DNA of 64,000 bases from Lophium mytilinum (Eukaryota). Shown one piece after another: positions 47,705-61,424 of the stretch; positions within the stretch are counted from its first letter, which is position 1, and every line of letters starts with the position of its first letter. Under the pieces are notes generated by a model that saw only the letters and a list, made by a program, of their open reading frames with translations, had not been told where the DNA came from and ran no database searches. The stretch covers positions 165,397 through 229,396 of the forward strand of contig MU004191.1 in NCBI GenBank assembly GCA_010093605.1, given 5' to 3'. Both the position numbers and the translations under genes were made by a program.

Positions 47705-49918
47705 GAGGGAGTTTCGAGACGGATATACAGGTGGTGGTTGGCGGCGAGGGCTGAACTACTTACTCCTTGGGGTGGGTGTACTATTAGAAGCATACCTTAG
47801 ATTCGCTTAAAGGCATGGGTGCATATGTTGGGCGTTTTCTAGTCGTTTCCTTGTGGATGGCAGGTATGGATAAATTGGTAGGTTTGAGGGGTTGGGTTGG
47901 GCGGTGGGTAGGCTTTATGACCCGGTTGCAGCGTGGGCTGGTGGGTCATGGACTGGTAGGATACCTATGTAGATCTCGACGAATGTAGGTATCCTGCGAG
48001 CATAGTTTTCAAGCAGTGACTGCGCGAATTCCATCTCCAAAGCCCTCTTCGCACTCCTATCTATACCATAGTCTGGGAAGTTGAGCACCTAGCTCGCTAA
48101 CCCTACTCTCACTCCATGTCTGCAGGAACGAACTCTCAACGTGGTCAAGTTCTGTGAGAAGATGTAAGTAAAGGAAAGGTCGAAGCTTTAGGACCGGGAT
48201 GGCAGCAGGCCTGAGTAGCTTTTCCCCTAAGTGAAGCGCGGTATTAGTTCAGGCTGTCATGTAGGAAGCGGTGGGATGGTCGATTGAAAGAATGATCGCT
48301 GTAATATCCCCCTCCGCATCTACTAAGCTTCTTAGCATACGCGATGGAGGAACGTCTCTCGACCTTGGATGTTTCGCCCAGCATGTGAAGAGATCGAAAG
48401 CTGTATACGAAATCATGAGGAAGAGCTGCTGCAATCTTTCAGGGTAGTTGGTTCGTAGGTGTCTGGGTTCTCCCGTTGCGAACGTTTGAATTCTGGGGAT
48501 TTCGTGTCACCTGGAATGGAGATTGACGTAGCCTTCACGTACTCCTAGTCCTCTCTTACTAGCTTCATGGCTCATAATAGCTACATAGCTACCGAGGACG
48601 GGTTCTATACAATTTGGAAGAGGAATGAGCCTTCTGTGAGTGAGACTACTGCGCCACTGCGGGATATCTGCTCATGGTGCTGGCTAACTGTATTCGACGG
48701 GAATTAGGCGTCTTGTTATTGCCGTACGGACGGTATGGAGAAAGACGGATTGTAGATAAGGATGCCAAATAGAAAGAGAGCGCTGTGTGTTGCTCCAGTA
48801 GGAAGGTCTGGAACTGCATGTGTTCGAGGCGCAGCGGATACCTAGTATGTATTTGTATTATACATGTACCAAAGCGAGAAAAGCGATGATGATCGAGATC
48901 GCCTACTCTAGGGTACGAGGGATTTTCACCCTAGCAATCATATACGATAACACCAACGATGAAAAGAGGGAGGGTGCTGCACGCTGATGAGGGGGGATTA
49001 TGCCTCAGGTTATTGTTTGCGCCGTCGAATCAGCCCAAGCCGCAAGCTCGAAGGAGTGTGTCTCTCCTCAGCCTCGAAAACAGAACCGTGTACTCCGGTA
49101 AAATATGCCAAGGTGGGCATTGCAAAGGCTAATCGTGTTCTTCACAGTGTGCCTGATTAGTTGCCACAACAGCAGTGCCGCGCGCTTGACGTAAGGCCGA
49201 GAAATGCGACAAATATCCGTCTTCTTGGGCGGGTTCTTGGTGTATTGAATCTGCCTTGTGCTGACGGAGTACGGTAGATGGCCTTATTGGCCAATGTGGA
49301 GGTAATGGTGGCGAACGCGCATCCTCGTGTCTGCTGGCTCGTTTGCTGCCGGATTAGCCGTCCTCTGGCCGGCTTCTGAGTGGCCGAGGACGCCTTGTGG
49401 GAATAAAAAGTGTTCACGTGGCGTGACGGTTTTGGTGATCTGATATGTGTCCTGGTCGTACTCTGCGCCTAGATGCTCTCACGCCTCATGAATTCCCATG
49501 GCGCGGTAGAGTCTCTCCCATGGCGCATTGCTCAGAAGACGGCGCCTGGAGACTAAAGAGGATTGCCGCCGGTCTACCACGTAGCTGTGCCGTTGCTGAG
49601 CCCTGGCTTGAGGGGGGAATTAGCGCGCAGGGCTGCAGTTTGGTGGAGCAAGGCGAGCACATGAGGACGGGAGCATAGCCCCAATATGCGGCCAGGCAAA
49701 GCTTAGATTATTAGCGTGCTGCTCTTACCGTATTGGGCGAGCTTCCCCACCCTCATAAGAGTCTCGACATCACCACCCGAAACGCTGTCCCTACACGTCT
49801 CCGTACGCCACCACATCACATCACTTCTTTATATCTACTGCCCCTCTCCCTCACTGTGGCTTCCACCTCCACCCGCAGCATTCTCGCACAATCTTCCATT
49901 CGCGACTCTACTTCCATC

Positions 49919-51046
49919 ATGACCGACCACAACGGCAAAGCTCCTATGGATCCCCTCAGCGGGGGTGTCAACGGCACTCGCGCTGGCCTCAACGACCCTA
50001 TCGTCAAGGTGCAGCCTCCACGTCGCGAGGACCTTCAGCCTTCCTATGCGCGCGTCATCAAGCCTGATGACGCCGACGAGAGCGACCACGGCTGGTATGG
50101 TGCTATGATCAACGGCCTAGGCAGCTGTGTCGGCACATTGGGAGCTATTCCCTGCTGCATTGTCTGCCCGAACCCATACAAGCCCGTAAACCAGGGCAAC
50201 GTTGGTCTTGTCACCAAGTTTGGGCGATTCGAACGCGCCGTAGATCCTGGTCTCGTCAAAGTCAACCCGCTGTCTGAACAGCTCATCCAGGTGGACGTCA
50301 AGATCCAGATTGTCGGTATGTGATTCAACCTTTTGCGCACCAGTCCGTCGCGACCATAGCTAATAGTATGATCAGAGGTTCCCAAGCAAATCTGCATGAC
50401 CAAGGACAATGTATCGCTACATCTCACCTCCGTCATTTATTATCGCATCATCTCGCCCCACAAGGCCGCCTTCGGCATCAGCAACATCCGCCAAGCGCTC
50501 ATCGAGCGCACCCAAACCACCCTGCGCCACGTCATTGGCGCACGCGTGCTACAGGACGTGATCGAGCGTCGCGAGGAGATCGCGCAATCGATCCGCGAGA
50601 TCATTGAGGAGACCGCGACAGGCTGGGGTGTTGAGGTCGAGTCCATGCTCGTCAAAGACATCATCTTCAGCCAGGACCTCCAGGAATCCCTCTCCATGGC
50701 CGCCCAGTCCAAGCGAACTGGTGAGGCCAAGGTCATCGCCGCCCGCGCCGAGGTTGAGTCTGCCAAGTTGATGAGGCAGGCCGCCGATATCTTGTCCAGC
50801 GCACCCGCTATGCAGATCCGGTATCTTGAGGCTATGCAAGCTATGGCCAAGTCTGCAAACTCCAAGGTCATCTTCCTACCGGCGCAGAACCAGACTGTGC
50901 AGTCTGCTATGGCTATGGCCGACGCTCATGGCGAAGGACCCAGCCAGTATAAGTACAAGGGACCTGAGGGTGCGGACTCCGAGTACGGACACGGAACCCC
51001 AGGCTTCCAAAGCGCCATCAACGCTGGCATCATCGAGAACATGTAA
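49919..51046 (+). CDS. Stomatin / SPFH (band 7) family protein; 1 intron
   Basis: VQPPRREDLQPSYA, GLVTKFGRF, MTKDNV, ERTQTTLRHVIG, AMQIRYLE. Confidence 0.93.
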
Positions 51047-53568
51047 AGCCGCAGCCAACTAGGACGTGGTCACCGAACCACTAATTCCGGAGGTCACCAT
51101 CTTAATTGAACATGATTCTGTTTCGTTGTACTCTATTTTGAGGTTCCAGACTGGATATGCGGGATATGCAGGGATGAGAGGCTGCGGCTGTATCTCAGGT
51201 TCAGGGCTTTTCCTTTTCGTACTTTGTGATACCCGGCCGGCGTCGATTCCACTCGCTTCAGCTACGATACCAAGGGTGTTTTCAAAATTGGCGCAACGGG
51301 GTCCTAAGTAGTACTTAATGAAAATGTGTATAATGCATCAGTTTTGCTTCTGTCCGTGAGATTCGTGGATTATTCGTCACTTCTGTTCCAAAGTCGTTCT
51401 ATGTATATACCGACATTTAGAGTACTAATAGGTATAGATTGCTTGAAGAGCTGTGCATCGGGCTATTTCACCAACTTTATTCCGACCACTTGACCTCACT
51501 AACCACTCTCCCTGGCCACGTGCTAAATTACTAATTTGTCACGTGCAGACTGACTTATCTTAGATATAAGAACCTCCCCAACCTCTGTTTCGAACTTCAG
51601 AGCAAGTCGCCTGGGAGAGGATTTGCAAAATGCAGGAAAATACAATGTGATGAGTTCGGACTCGTTCGTTCGTCGCTAACAGAAATGGAGATGTTGCAGG
51701 TCTGGGAAGTGTGTGGTATCTGGCGTGGTCAACAGACTTGACCATAATGAAAAATGGTCGCTGGTGTCGGTGTTGGCGCCGGTATTGCTTCATGGTGATG
51801 GTGAAGATCACGACTAATTGCTCTTTGTGGAAACGGGCAGCAGGGGATAAAAACGTTGAGATCTTGAGGTATGGAACTGTAAAGAGTAGGTGCATTAGAT
51901 AATGAAGGTGCGCATCTTTATGTGATGGGCATTGCCTCCGCGGAACTCATGATGTCATCCACGGCTTCCTTTATTATGAATCGTCCGTCCATCTCTTTGC
52001 TGGTCGGAACTTGGGCCCGGTGGATGAATGTGGTTTTATACTAGGAGAAATGGGCGACATTTGACACGCGTGACTGGAAATGGTAGAGACTACGAACATC
52101 GAAATCATGCCTCTGTTACAACAGGAGGCTTGAGTGGTTCGAGAGCTCGACAAAATACACTTAGTACAACTAGAGAAGGCGGTACGACAAGAATCCTCTC
52201 TCATGCTTCAATTCTACTCATTCACCTAGGTGCATATCTTCCCTCTTACCATAACCGGCAACTCACCATCATGACCCTCATTCTATGCACAAATAGCAAG
52301 GTCTCTTATCAAATCTACCCCAGACCGTCGGCAAGATCCGACACTGGAGTTGGGCGAATATTCCTATCTCGATGGCACCATGGGGGACGCCTCCGATTTA
52401 TTCTCGCCCTCGGCCTCGTCTTCCCAATTGCAGAGCTTCCCGGTTGTCGCGGCCGCGGATGTACCCCGCCGCAAGCTGCATATTTGCAGATTCAAGAATA
52501 GAAAAATGCGGAGATGTGTCGATGGTCCCATGTCGGTACTTATGCGCTTTTCCAACGGCAGGACGTGATGCCGAAGTTGAGGGACTTTGGTGTAGATGTG
52601 TAATATCTGGAAGTTGACTCGGAGACTTGCTCAGCCCTGCACATAGTCCGATGTCCCACCGGCTGGGTAAAGATTGATGCATGCATGGCCGCCTGTGCTC
52701 GGTATCCCGGAGGGCCCTGTATCCTTGCCTCGACGTCAAGAAGGGAGGCTGTCCTGCTGTTTCTGCTCTCGTGAGAAGAAAGGGACACTGCTGACGCTGG
52801 CTGCGGAATGACCGCAACTCGGGGTCCGAGTCGATGGCCTCCTAGTGTCGTGTACCCCAGGACAGCTGACGGCGGTGCAGCCCGAGCTGGCAGGAGTGCT
52901 GGCCTCGTGCGATGCCCCAGGCACTTGACGAGTAGAAGAAGGGGCGCTGGCTGTGGCGCGGCGGCAATTTGTTCCACGACTGATTCGGTGCAGTTGAGAC
53001 AGGATGTCAGGCCAGGAGGCGCCTGTCGCCGTGACTTGGCGGGCTGTCTGGACTCGTTAAATGCTCTCTCCTATCCCAAAGCCAGGCACGTATTTAGATA
53101 GAGAATAGGCCGGCGGGTTGTCTGGGGTGGTTTCACAACGAGCACCGGGAGGCTGTCGCAGATCAATCGGGCCTAGCGAACCGCGCGACGCTCTTCCGCT
53201 ACCGATCTCCAATCTCCATCATTCCTCTAACCCGAATACTCCTCTTCCTCTCCGCCAAGCTCTACCTACACCTCCACCTACGCCCGCCCATCCATGAGAG
53301 CAGCAATTCCGCCGGCCATCGCCCCTGACAGCACACGAGCGATTTGGATGGCACCGTTACTCTTCGCTACAGCACCACCCGCCCTCCCTTTCTTCCCACT
53401 GAACACCTCCCTGTGCGCGCCGCAGAGCCTCACTTCCGTCGACCCATGATTCCCATTCGCATATCCACACCACCACACCCACCCCGATAGTCGCGGACTC
53501 GCTCTAGTGTTGCAGCGAGCGGTGCGTCTAGCGCGAGGGTGTGAGCGTCTCAAAGCCAGCCGTCCGCC

Positions 53569-54866
53569 ATGACTTCGTCGCAGTCGTCTGAACGCGCTGA
53601 AGATGGCCGCCCAGCTTTCACGGTGGTTCCTGGGGGGAATGGCATTGTACGTGTGGAACCTCTAGATTCTGAATAGGAAAAGAAGAGTCCAACTGACCCG
53701 ATTGCGCTCCAGCCTTCCGCCCTGACACCTCCACCCCCAAACACCGGCCTCGAGCGCTTCAAAGAAATCGTCGCGCACCCCGTCCTCGCCTCCTTCATCG
53801 CCGGCGGCGTCGCGGGCGCCGTCTCGCGCACCGTCGTCTCCCCGCTCGAGCGCTTAAAGATCCTCTTCCAGATCCAGAGCGTGGGAAGGAATGACTACAA
53901 AATGCCGGTCCACAAAGCGCTCGCGAAGATGTGGAGGGAAGAGGGCTGGCGCGGCTTCATGGCCGGCAACGGCACCAATTGCATCCGGATCGTGCCCTAT
54001 TCGGCCGTCCAGTTCGGCTCGTACAATATATACAAAAAAGTGAGTTTTGGGAGACGTCTTCAGGATTCTCTACCACTGCGAAGGGAGAGAATTCGCGGTT
54101 GAAAACGGTACCAATAACCCCAACCTAGTTCTTCGAAGACTCCCCCGGTTCTGGACTCAACCCCTACAAGCGTCTGTTCTGCGGCGGCCTTGCTGGCATC
54201 ACCTCAGTGACCTTCACCTACCCCCTCGACATCGTCCGCACTCGGTTATCTATCCAATCCGCCTCTTTCGCAGACCTGAAAAAGTCGTCTGGCCAGAAAC
54301 TCCCCGGCATGTGGTCCGTCCTGGTCACAATGTACAAGACTGAGGGTGGCTTCTCCGCGCTCTACCGCGGCATCATCCCCACCGTCGCTGGCGTCGCGCC
54401 CTACGTCGGGCTAAACTTCATGGTCTACGAGAGCATGCGCGTCGCCTTCACCAAAGAAGGCGACAGCGACCCCAACGCGGCTGGGAAGCTGGCCGCGGGC
54501 GCTATATCCGGGGCCGTTGCGCAAACATGCACGTATCCATTGTACGTTGGGAACCCCCTAACCCTCCTCCCCCTACATTGATTTGGAAACCCAAAAAGAC
54601 TTCGAAGGCCGAGAAAAGCTAACACCAAACCCAGCGACGTCCTCCGCCGCCGCTTCCAAATCAACACCATGTCCGGCATGGGCTACCAATACAACTCCAT
54701 CGGCGGCGCAATACGCCAGATCATCAAGACCGAAGGCGTGCGCGGCCTCTACAAAGGCATCGTGCCCAACCTACTCAAAGTCGCGCCCAGCATGGCCAGC
54801 AGCTGGCTGAGTTTCGAGTTCACGCGCGACTTCGTCATGGGGAAGCGGCGCGAGGGCCATTTATAG
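53569..54866 (+). CDS. Mitochondrial carrier (SLC25), YPR011C/SLC25A42-like; 3 introns
   Basis: FIAGGVAGAVSRTVVSPLERLK, GNGTNCIRIVPYSAVQF, TYPLDIVRTR, TYPF/LDVLRRRFQ, GIVPNLLKVAP. Confidence 0.92.
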
Positions 54867-55894
54867 ACTGAAAAAGATACCCCAGGGAACCCCGCAAGAA
54901 CAAAAACACACTCAAGCGATGAATCAATTCGTGAAAAAGAAAGAATTATTATATTTACCACCCACCCCTAACTGAAACAACCGAGAAACCCCTCTGTGTA
55001 CACTTAACCTAAAAGACCTCGAACTTCTTTTCCTTGAACCCCCCTGGGGTACTCTCTTCCTCATTTTCCCTTTTTTTGCATCCAGGCAGGGTTCGGGACA
55101 CAACACATCGGGGACTACCAGTAAAGGCATCATGGGGAGCGCTCAACCGGGCGGCGCGGGGGCGTATGCGAAGCGGCCCCCCGGCCCCCCCTTACATTGG
55201 ATACAGCGTTGGCGTTCATACTTGATTTTTTCGATCAAGGGGAGGTGGGCGGATAAGGAACACTCGATGAGAAAAACGAACGGGGAGGGAGGGGGGGAGG
55301 GCCAAGGGGAAGGAGAAGTAGAAAGCCCCCAGGGGGTGTTTAAGAAAGCACCAGAGCTGTTTTGCCCATTTTGAGCTCAAATTTTGACTATAATTCATGG
55401 TCGGTGTGATTCTAAACCTGCGTCTGCCGTTTTAATCGGAGAAAAAGGGGGTTGATTTTGGTATCTTTTTCCGTATTCTTAGGACTTGGCTCAAGCCTTC
55501 CCCGCCACCTCAATGTGTTGGATACCGACAGCGCGTGTGGGTTCCGAAGATCACAGTTTGGAAGTCCAAGCGCCCGATACACCCCCCCTGCTCTTGCATC
55601 CATGTCCTGGAAGGGCGGCTTCCAAAATTGTTCCACCTTTTCCCCCTACCTCCGGAAGAAAAAAAGAACCACCAACGAATGCAACTGTTACAGTTCTATG
55701 CCATTCGCCAATCGGAATGGGAAATGGGCGCCGTGCTTTGTCCCACCTCTTGCGAGAAACATCACCATGTTGCGTAAAAGTACACGCTTTGCCGCCGTTC
55801 CTACGCAGCCAGCTGCGGAATCAATTAACCTCCCCCTTCATGGAAACCCGCTGAAATTTAGCTCGCTTTCTCACACCACGCTTGTGGGGGCCCA

Positions 55895-57447
55895 TTATTG
55901 TGATTGCTGCTGTTGTTGCTGTTGCATCTGCATCTGCTGCTGCGCCTGTTGCTGCTGTTGTTGTTGTTGCTGCATATTTGGTCGTTGCGGTCCCGGCGAG
56001 GCTTTCATGGGACCTTGTTGGCCTTTCCAGCCAGGGTAGAGAATTTGGAGCTTGGTATATAGCTCCGAGAGCGCGGGCGGGGTGGAGGGGATCGACATAA
56101 TCGCGGGTCCGGGGGGGATTTGAGCAGCGGGCTTGTGGGCGCGCTCGGCGGTTGTGGCGAGGTAGGAGAGGTTAGCTTGGAGGCGGCGCATGCAGCTGCA
56201 GATTGCATTAGATACTTATACCAGAACAACTGACTGACAGAAGAAAGTGGTGAATGGGTGAAGCTTGCACCCAGCGCGAAGGAGACATGATAAATATCTC
56301 TCGAGAAACAGCCGGGCGGACAAGAAACCAGCGCGAATGGTGGAAGGTAAACTTACTCAACATACTCCTTACTCGCCGCCTTGAGCTCCTCCTTCCCGTC
56401 CTCCTTCGGCGGCGGCATCGTCCCAATATGCCCGTTCTTCCCCAGCTCCTGCAGCCGGCAGATCTCCTGCAGCAGCTCGTTGTTGATCTCCAGCAACAGC
56501 GCCACGCGCTCCTTGTCCCGCGCCTGCGCGCCTGGCGACACGGGCGACTGCGGTACGGACTTCACTGCCTGGGCGGTGGGCGGCGCGGCCATGGGGAGCT
56601 GCTGCGCGTGGGTAGGCGATTGCTGCGGAGCGGCGCTGCTGTTGGCATACGGCGACGCGTGGTTGGTACCGTTCGAGTTCCCGTTGCTGTGGCTGACGCC
56701 GGGTGAGGCTGTCGCGGGCTTGTTGAACTGGCTGAACTTGTGGGCGGCGGAGGTGGAGGCGGGGGACTGGAGGGCGGGGGAGAAGGGCGCGGTCGAGTAT
56801 GGGCTTGAGGGGGGTTGTGCTAGTAGAGATGGAGTCGCTGGTCAGCGGAGGGTTCCAAGGTTGAGGTAGTTGACTCGGGGTGGAGCGGGGCGGGACTGAT
56901 GTGGTGGAAAGCGGGTTGGACTGGCCTTGGTGCTCGAGTCTCACAGAAGGTGGGAGGGAAGCAAAAGCGTGGAAGAACGTACCTCGCGTGTGAAGCTGCG
57001 GTGGCTGCATCATGGCCGCGCCACTACTCGGGGGCATTCCGCCCATGTGGCCCGGCAGCGAGCCCGCCTGGAACTGCGGGAGCTGGGCATTGTGCTGAAA
57101 GAAGGTCGGGTGGTGCTGCTGCTGGCGAGCTTGTTGGCTCTGGAACGGCGGTGGTGCATGCTGCGGGGAGTGTTGGGCGGGAAGGGAAGCGGGGGCGTTC
57201 TGCTGCTGCGCGAAGGGCTGCAGGGCCGGAGAGGGCAGCGGGCGCTGGAAGTCCATCTCTCCAATGAGGGCGTCGCACACGGCGGGTTAGATTGGACGAT
57301 GGGGGTCGCGAGAGGGGCTGGCTGCTGGCATCCAGGAGAGAGACGATAACCAGAAAACCCGCCCGGCGAGACTGATTTCGGCACGCCCCCTGCTGACGGC
57401 GCCGGCGTGGCGCCCGGGGGGTACGTAGGGCGCCCTGTATGGGCCAT
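55895..57447 (-). CDS. Gln/Pro-rich protein with SSXT/SNH-like domain (SS18/Snf11-like); 5' exon structure uncertain
   Basis: RVALLLEINNELLQEICRLQ...EYVE spliced to CMRRLQANLSYLATTAE; QPG-rich N-terminus and polyQ C-terminus. Confidence 0.7.
55905..55972 (-). repeat. Imperfect CAG/CAA polyglutamine tract
   Basis: Encodes MQQQQQQQQQAQQQMQMQQQQQQQ. Confidence 0.9.
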
Positions 57448-57891
57448 ATTATCCACAAAGTGTGAAGTTATGGAGAAAACTCGGGCAGCATCTTCATCAC
57501 AGGAAGAAGAAGGCCTGCTATTTCCAGCGGCTGTGACCGTGGCAGCTTCCCAGACCCAGGGATCACAGCGGTTTCTGGGCCCGGGCGTGTGGATCTGCTA
57601 TGACCGCAACGGCAGTAGCTCATGCGCTAGTGCAACCTCGTTCCATTCCATGTTACCATGTAATTCTTCGTCCCGAGACACTGACTTGAATCAAAGTCAT
57701 GTGCTTGTGTTCCTACTAACTTCGAGCCTGTTGGTGAGGGCTTTGTGGGTTTATCTTGTAATACCGACTATAAGCACATGTGATCTAGAAATTCTCATCA
57801 CAGCGAGTATATTTTATATATAATACAAGTACTACTACAAGCGCTTCCTATCCTACAACAAGCTCTTTACTGAATCCAACTCTACGCTCCC

Positions 57892-59472
57892 TCAATCCTG
57901 AAATACCTCTTCCTTCGACGGCGTCTCATTCCGCCTCAGCGCTACAAAATACGCTTCTTTCGACTCCTACTCCACATTAGCACTTCCCTTCAGCATCTGA
58001 GAACTACACTTACACTCCTCGACGACTCTGGCTTCTCCCGATGCACTTTCTGGAACAGCCGCTTTAGCCTCGTCTCTAATGCCTTCTCCTCCGCCCCTTG
58101 GTAAAACTTGCACACAAAGTGGCCTCCGGTCCTTAGCGTATCGAAGCCGAATGTTAGGGCGGCCATGCAAAGGTCCTGTAGTAGAGTAGATCAGCCTCCT
58201 GCCAACCCCCCTATAGATTGCCGTAGAGGAAACACGGGGCAGCGACTACGAAAAGGGTAGGAGAAATGAACTGAAAGGGTACGAAGAGTGCATACAGGGG
58301 GAATAGAAAGGGTATCAATAGTGCAGGATGGGTGTGAAAAGAGCACAAATAGTATAGGAAGGGTGTGGAAATGCAACTTAAGGGTAAAAGAGCGTAGATA
58401 AGAACACGTACCATACTCCCCGCATGATCCCTAAACGCCACCCCACTCGTGTTCATCATCCTAAAATACGGGTCACTAAGGCTCCTCTTGTAAAACCCCG
58501 TCGTCTGCTCCCAGGGCGCGGACATATCACTCAACACCACATCAACCACCCTCCCCTGCTGCTCATCCCGCTGCCTGCGGCTCAGCCGCCTCTCCTTCCC
58601 TCCTTCCCCCGCACTCCCCGTGCTGTTCTCGGCTCCATCGAGGTGCGCGTGCCGCTCGAGGTCGATATACCCCCGCTCCATCTCATCCAGCTCGTCCTCA
58701 GTCACAGAATCCTCCTCCGCCTCGTCGGCGGTCGAGATGGTCCTGCGCCGCGGGCGGCCGAGGCCGGCGTCTTGCACGTAGGCGCGCACTTCGGCTTGGA
58801 CGGCGGGCGAGAGGAAGTTGCCCTGGATGGTTGAGACGCCGCGGGGGGGTTGGGCGGGGATGATGTCGATGCCGACGACGCGGCCGTTGGGGGATGTGCG
58901 GTCCGCAGCGACCTAAATACCACACCACATCAGCCATCATGACCCTCAACATCCTCCTAATTCACGAATAGCAGAGCGAAAGGAGGACCAGCATACCTGC
59001 GACCAACTCCCCGGCGCATAACCCTACCCACTCTATCAGCCATCCACCCCCAAACACTAATAGTACGTCGAGCTTACTAGATCCACAACCGTCTGCCCGG
59101 GCTTGAACAGCTTGTACTTTTCGTTTATCTACACCCATAGTATCCAGCATTAGCAATTGCTCACACCCTTTCTTACGTTTCAAGCAACCCAGCATAAAGT
59201 GATTGCCCCACCTCAAGCAACTTGAACGCCGCCCGGCTCTTCAACCCCTGCACCTTCGCCTCCTTTGCAAAGTGGTCGTTGCCCTGCCGCGATTTCCATC
59301 GCGTGGACGACGACGAGGACGCAGCGCGTAGTTGGGGCGCATTCGGATTCCTGGGTTGGAGGGTTGTTGCGGGCGCGCATTGGAGAGAGGGACAGCGGGA
59401 ACAGGCAGGGCGGAACCTCGGGCCCAGGAGGATGCTGTCGGTCAGCTCGCGGAAGATGCGGCGGGAGAGCAT
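57892..59472 (-). CDS. MRM2: Mitochondrial rRNA 2'-O-methyltransferase (FtsJ/RrmJ family); multi-exon
   Basis: Presequence-like N-terminus; RQGNDHFAKEAK..KSRAAFKLLE, VVDLGYAPGSWSQV, IQGNFLSP, DVVLSDM, CKFYQG, KPESS..ESKEAYFV. Confidence 0.93.
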
Positions 59473-60163
59473 CGAGGGTGGTGTGGTTGAGAGGGGGTTC
59501 GCGGAACTTTTTTGAGATGGGAGATAGAAGGGTGGTCTGTGCTTTATTGCGGAGATGCAAGGGTTTAGATGCGAGATGGAGGGGTTTTTATTTTCATGGC
59601 ATGTTTGATGTGAGGTGAGATCGCTTTTAGTTATACATTCAACGTTCTATTGTATATACGGTTTTGATTCCTCGTGTAATCTCCATAATTGCCGGATACA
59701 GTACGTACACATCACGACATCAGCGATAATTGCTTTGGTTAGTTTCGTCGGCAGTTAGCAACTTACATATCAAGATTGTTCCTGCTTTTTGTTACTTTGC
59801 GGAATCAATAATGGGCGCCGACATGGGAACCATTCATCACAACGACAGGACATCACGTAAGCCCTTCGAACGTGCATAGCACGCCGAAGCCCAAAACCGT
59901 CATGAGGTCTCTCGGACTCCAAAGACAGTAGGACGCTCAATGACCGCAAGGCCCGTCCTAGTCACCGCTAGGCGGGACGTATTGGTTTGTTCAGGAATGG
60001 GTTGTATTTGCTCTATGTGAGAACTAAACACCATTCCTCAGCCACCACGCTTAAAGAGTGCACACTGCTTCAGCAGGTAGCAACCCTAAATGTCCTTTCC
60101 TCCCCACCACACAGGTATTTTGTATTGCCGTATCCGGAGCGCCACCGTTTCCAAAGCACACCC

Positions 60164-60847
<684 letters not shown>

Positions 60848-61181
60848 GTTGAGTGGCCTGTGTGGTTAGTATCTGAGGGAAGTCGTCTGCAGTTTCGAGT
60901 TTGTGAGGTGTTGAAAAGCTAAGCGAGTTTGTGGCGTCACGTGCATTATTCCTCGTCACGCTAACACCAACTCCAGGACTCTCGACCAGATTCAAAAGCG
61001 TTACAGGGTCTAGAGAGTGGGCGATCCGATGAGTGCTTCGAAAGGTATTATCTTTCGAGAACCAAGGGCCTAAAAGTAAGCTTGGACAAGGAGAATATCG
61101 AAGTGAGTGAAGTTACAGGCACGCTGCAATTTTGTAGTGAACCTGGAATCTTTGTTTGATTAACGACACGCATGTCTAAAT

Positions 61182-61259
61182 CAGTCACGCAAGGTGCAAA
61201 GGCTCATTTACAAATGGCTCGGTTCATTGTGTTGCTCATTAAATATCCTATCGTGACTG
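61182..61259. promoter_or_regulatory. Two Homol-D-like boxes upstream of RPL28
   Basis: CAGTCACG at 61182 and CGTGACTG at 61252, 335-410 bp upstream of the RP gene; they resemble the CAGTCAC element of fungal RP promoters. Confidence 0.45.
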
Positions 61260-61424
61260 CATAGACATCCATCGTAACCTCGTGAATCCAGTCAACCCAG
61301 CAAACCGTACTACAACCAATCAAAAAAGTAAAAAGATGGAATCATAAAGAAACCCTAGACCCCATATCATGAATCCTCCCAATGAAATTGTCCCAGGTTA
61401 AGCAAACCAATAAGAAAATAGGTG

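Noticed and set aside
47800..49700. Telomerase RNA candidate (CTAACCCTA near 48097) in a ~2-kb gap
   Set aside because: Only a partial template-like match, expected by chance; no pseudoknot or CR4/5 identified.
51100..53500. Overlapping short ORFs and a ~51-codon uORF upstream of the mitochondrial carrier
   Set aside because: No motifs and no TSS information; probably non-coding.
55452..56039. Plus-strand ORF with a poly-Cys run (metallothionein-like)
   Set aside because: It is the antisense reading of the CAG/CAA polyQ tract.
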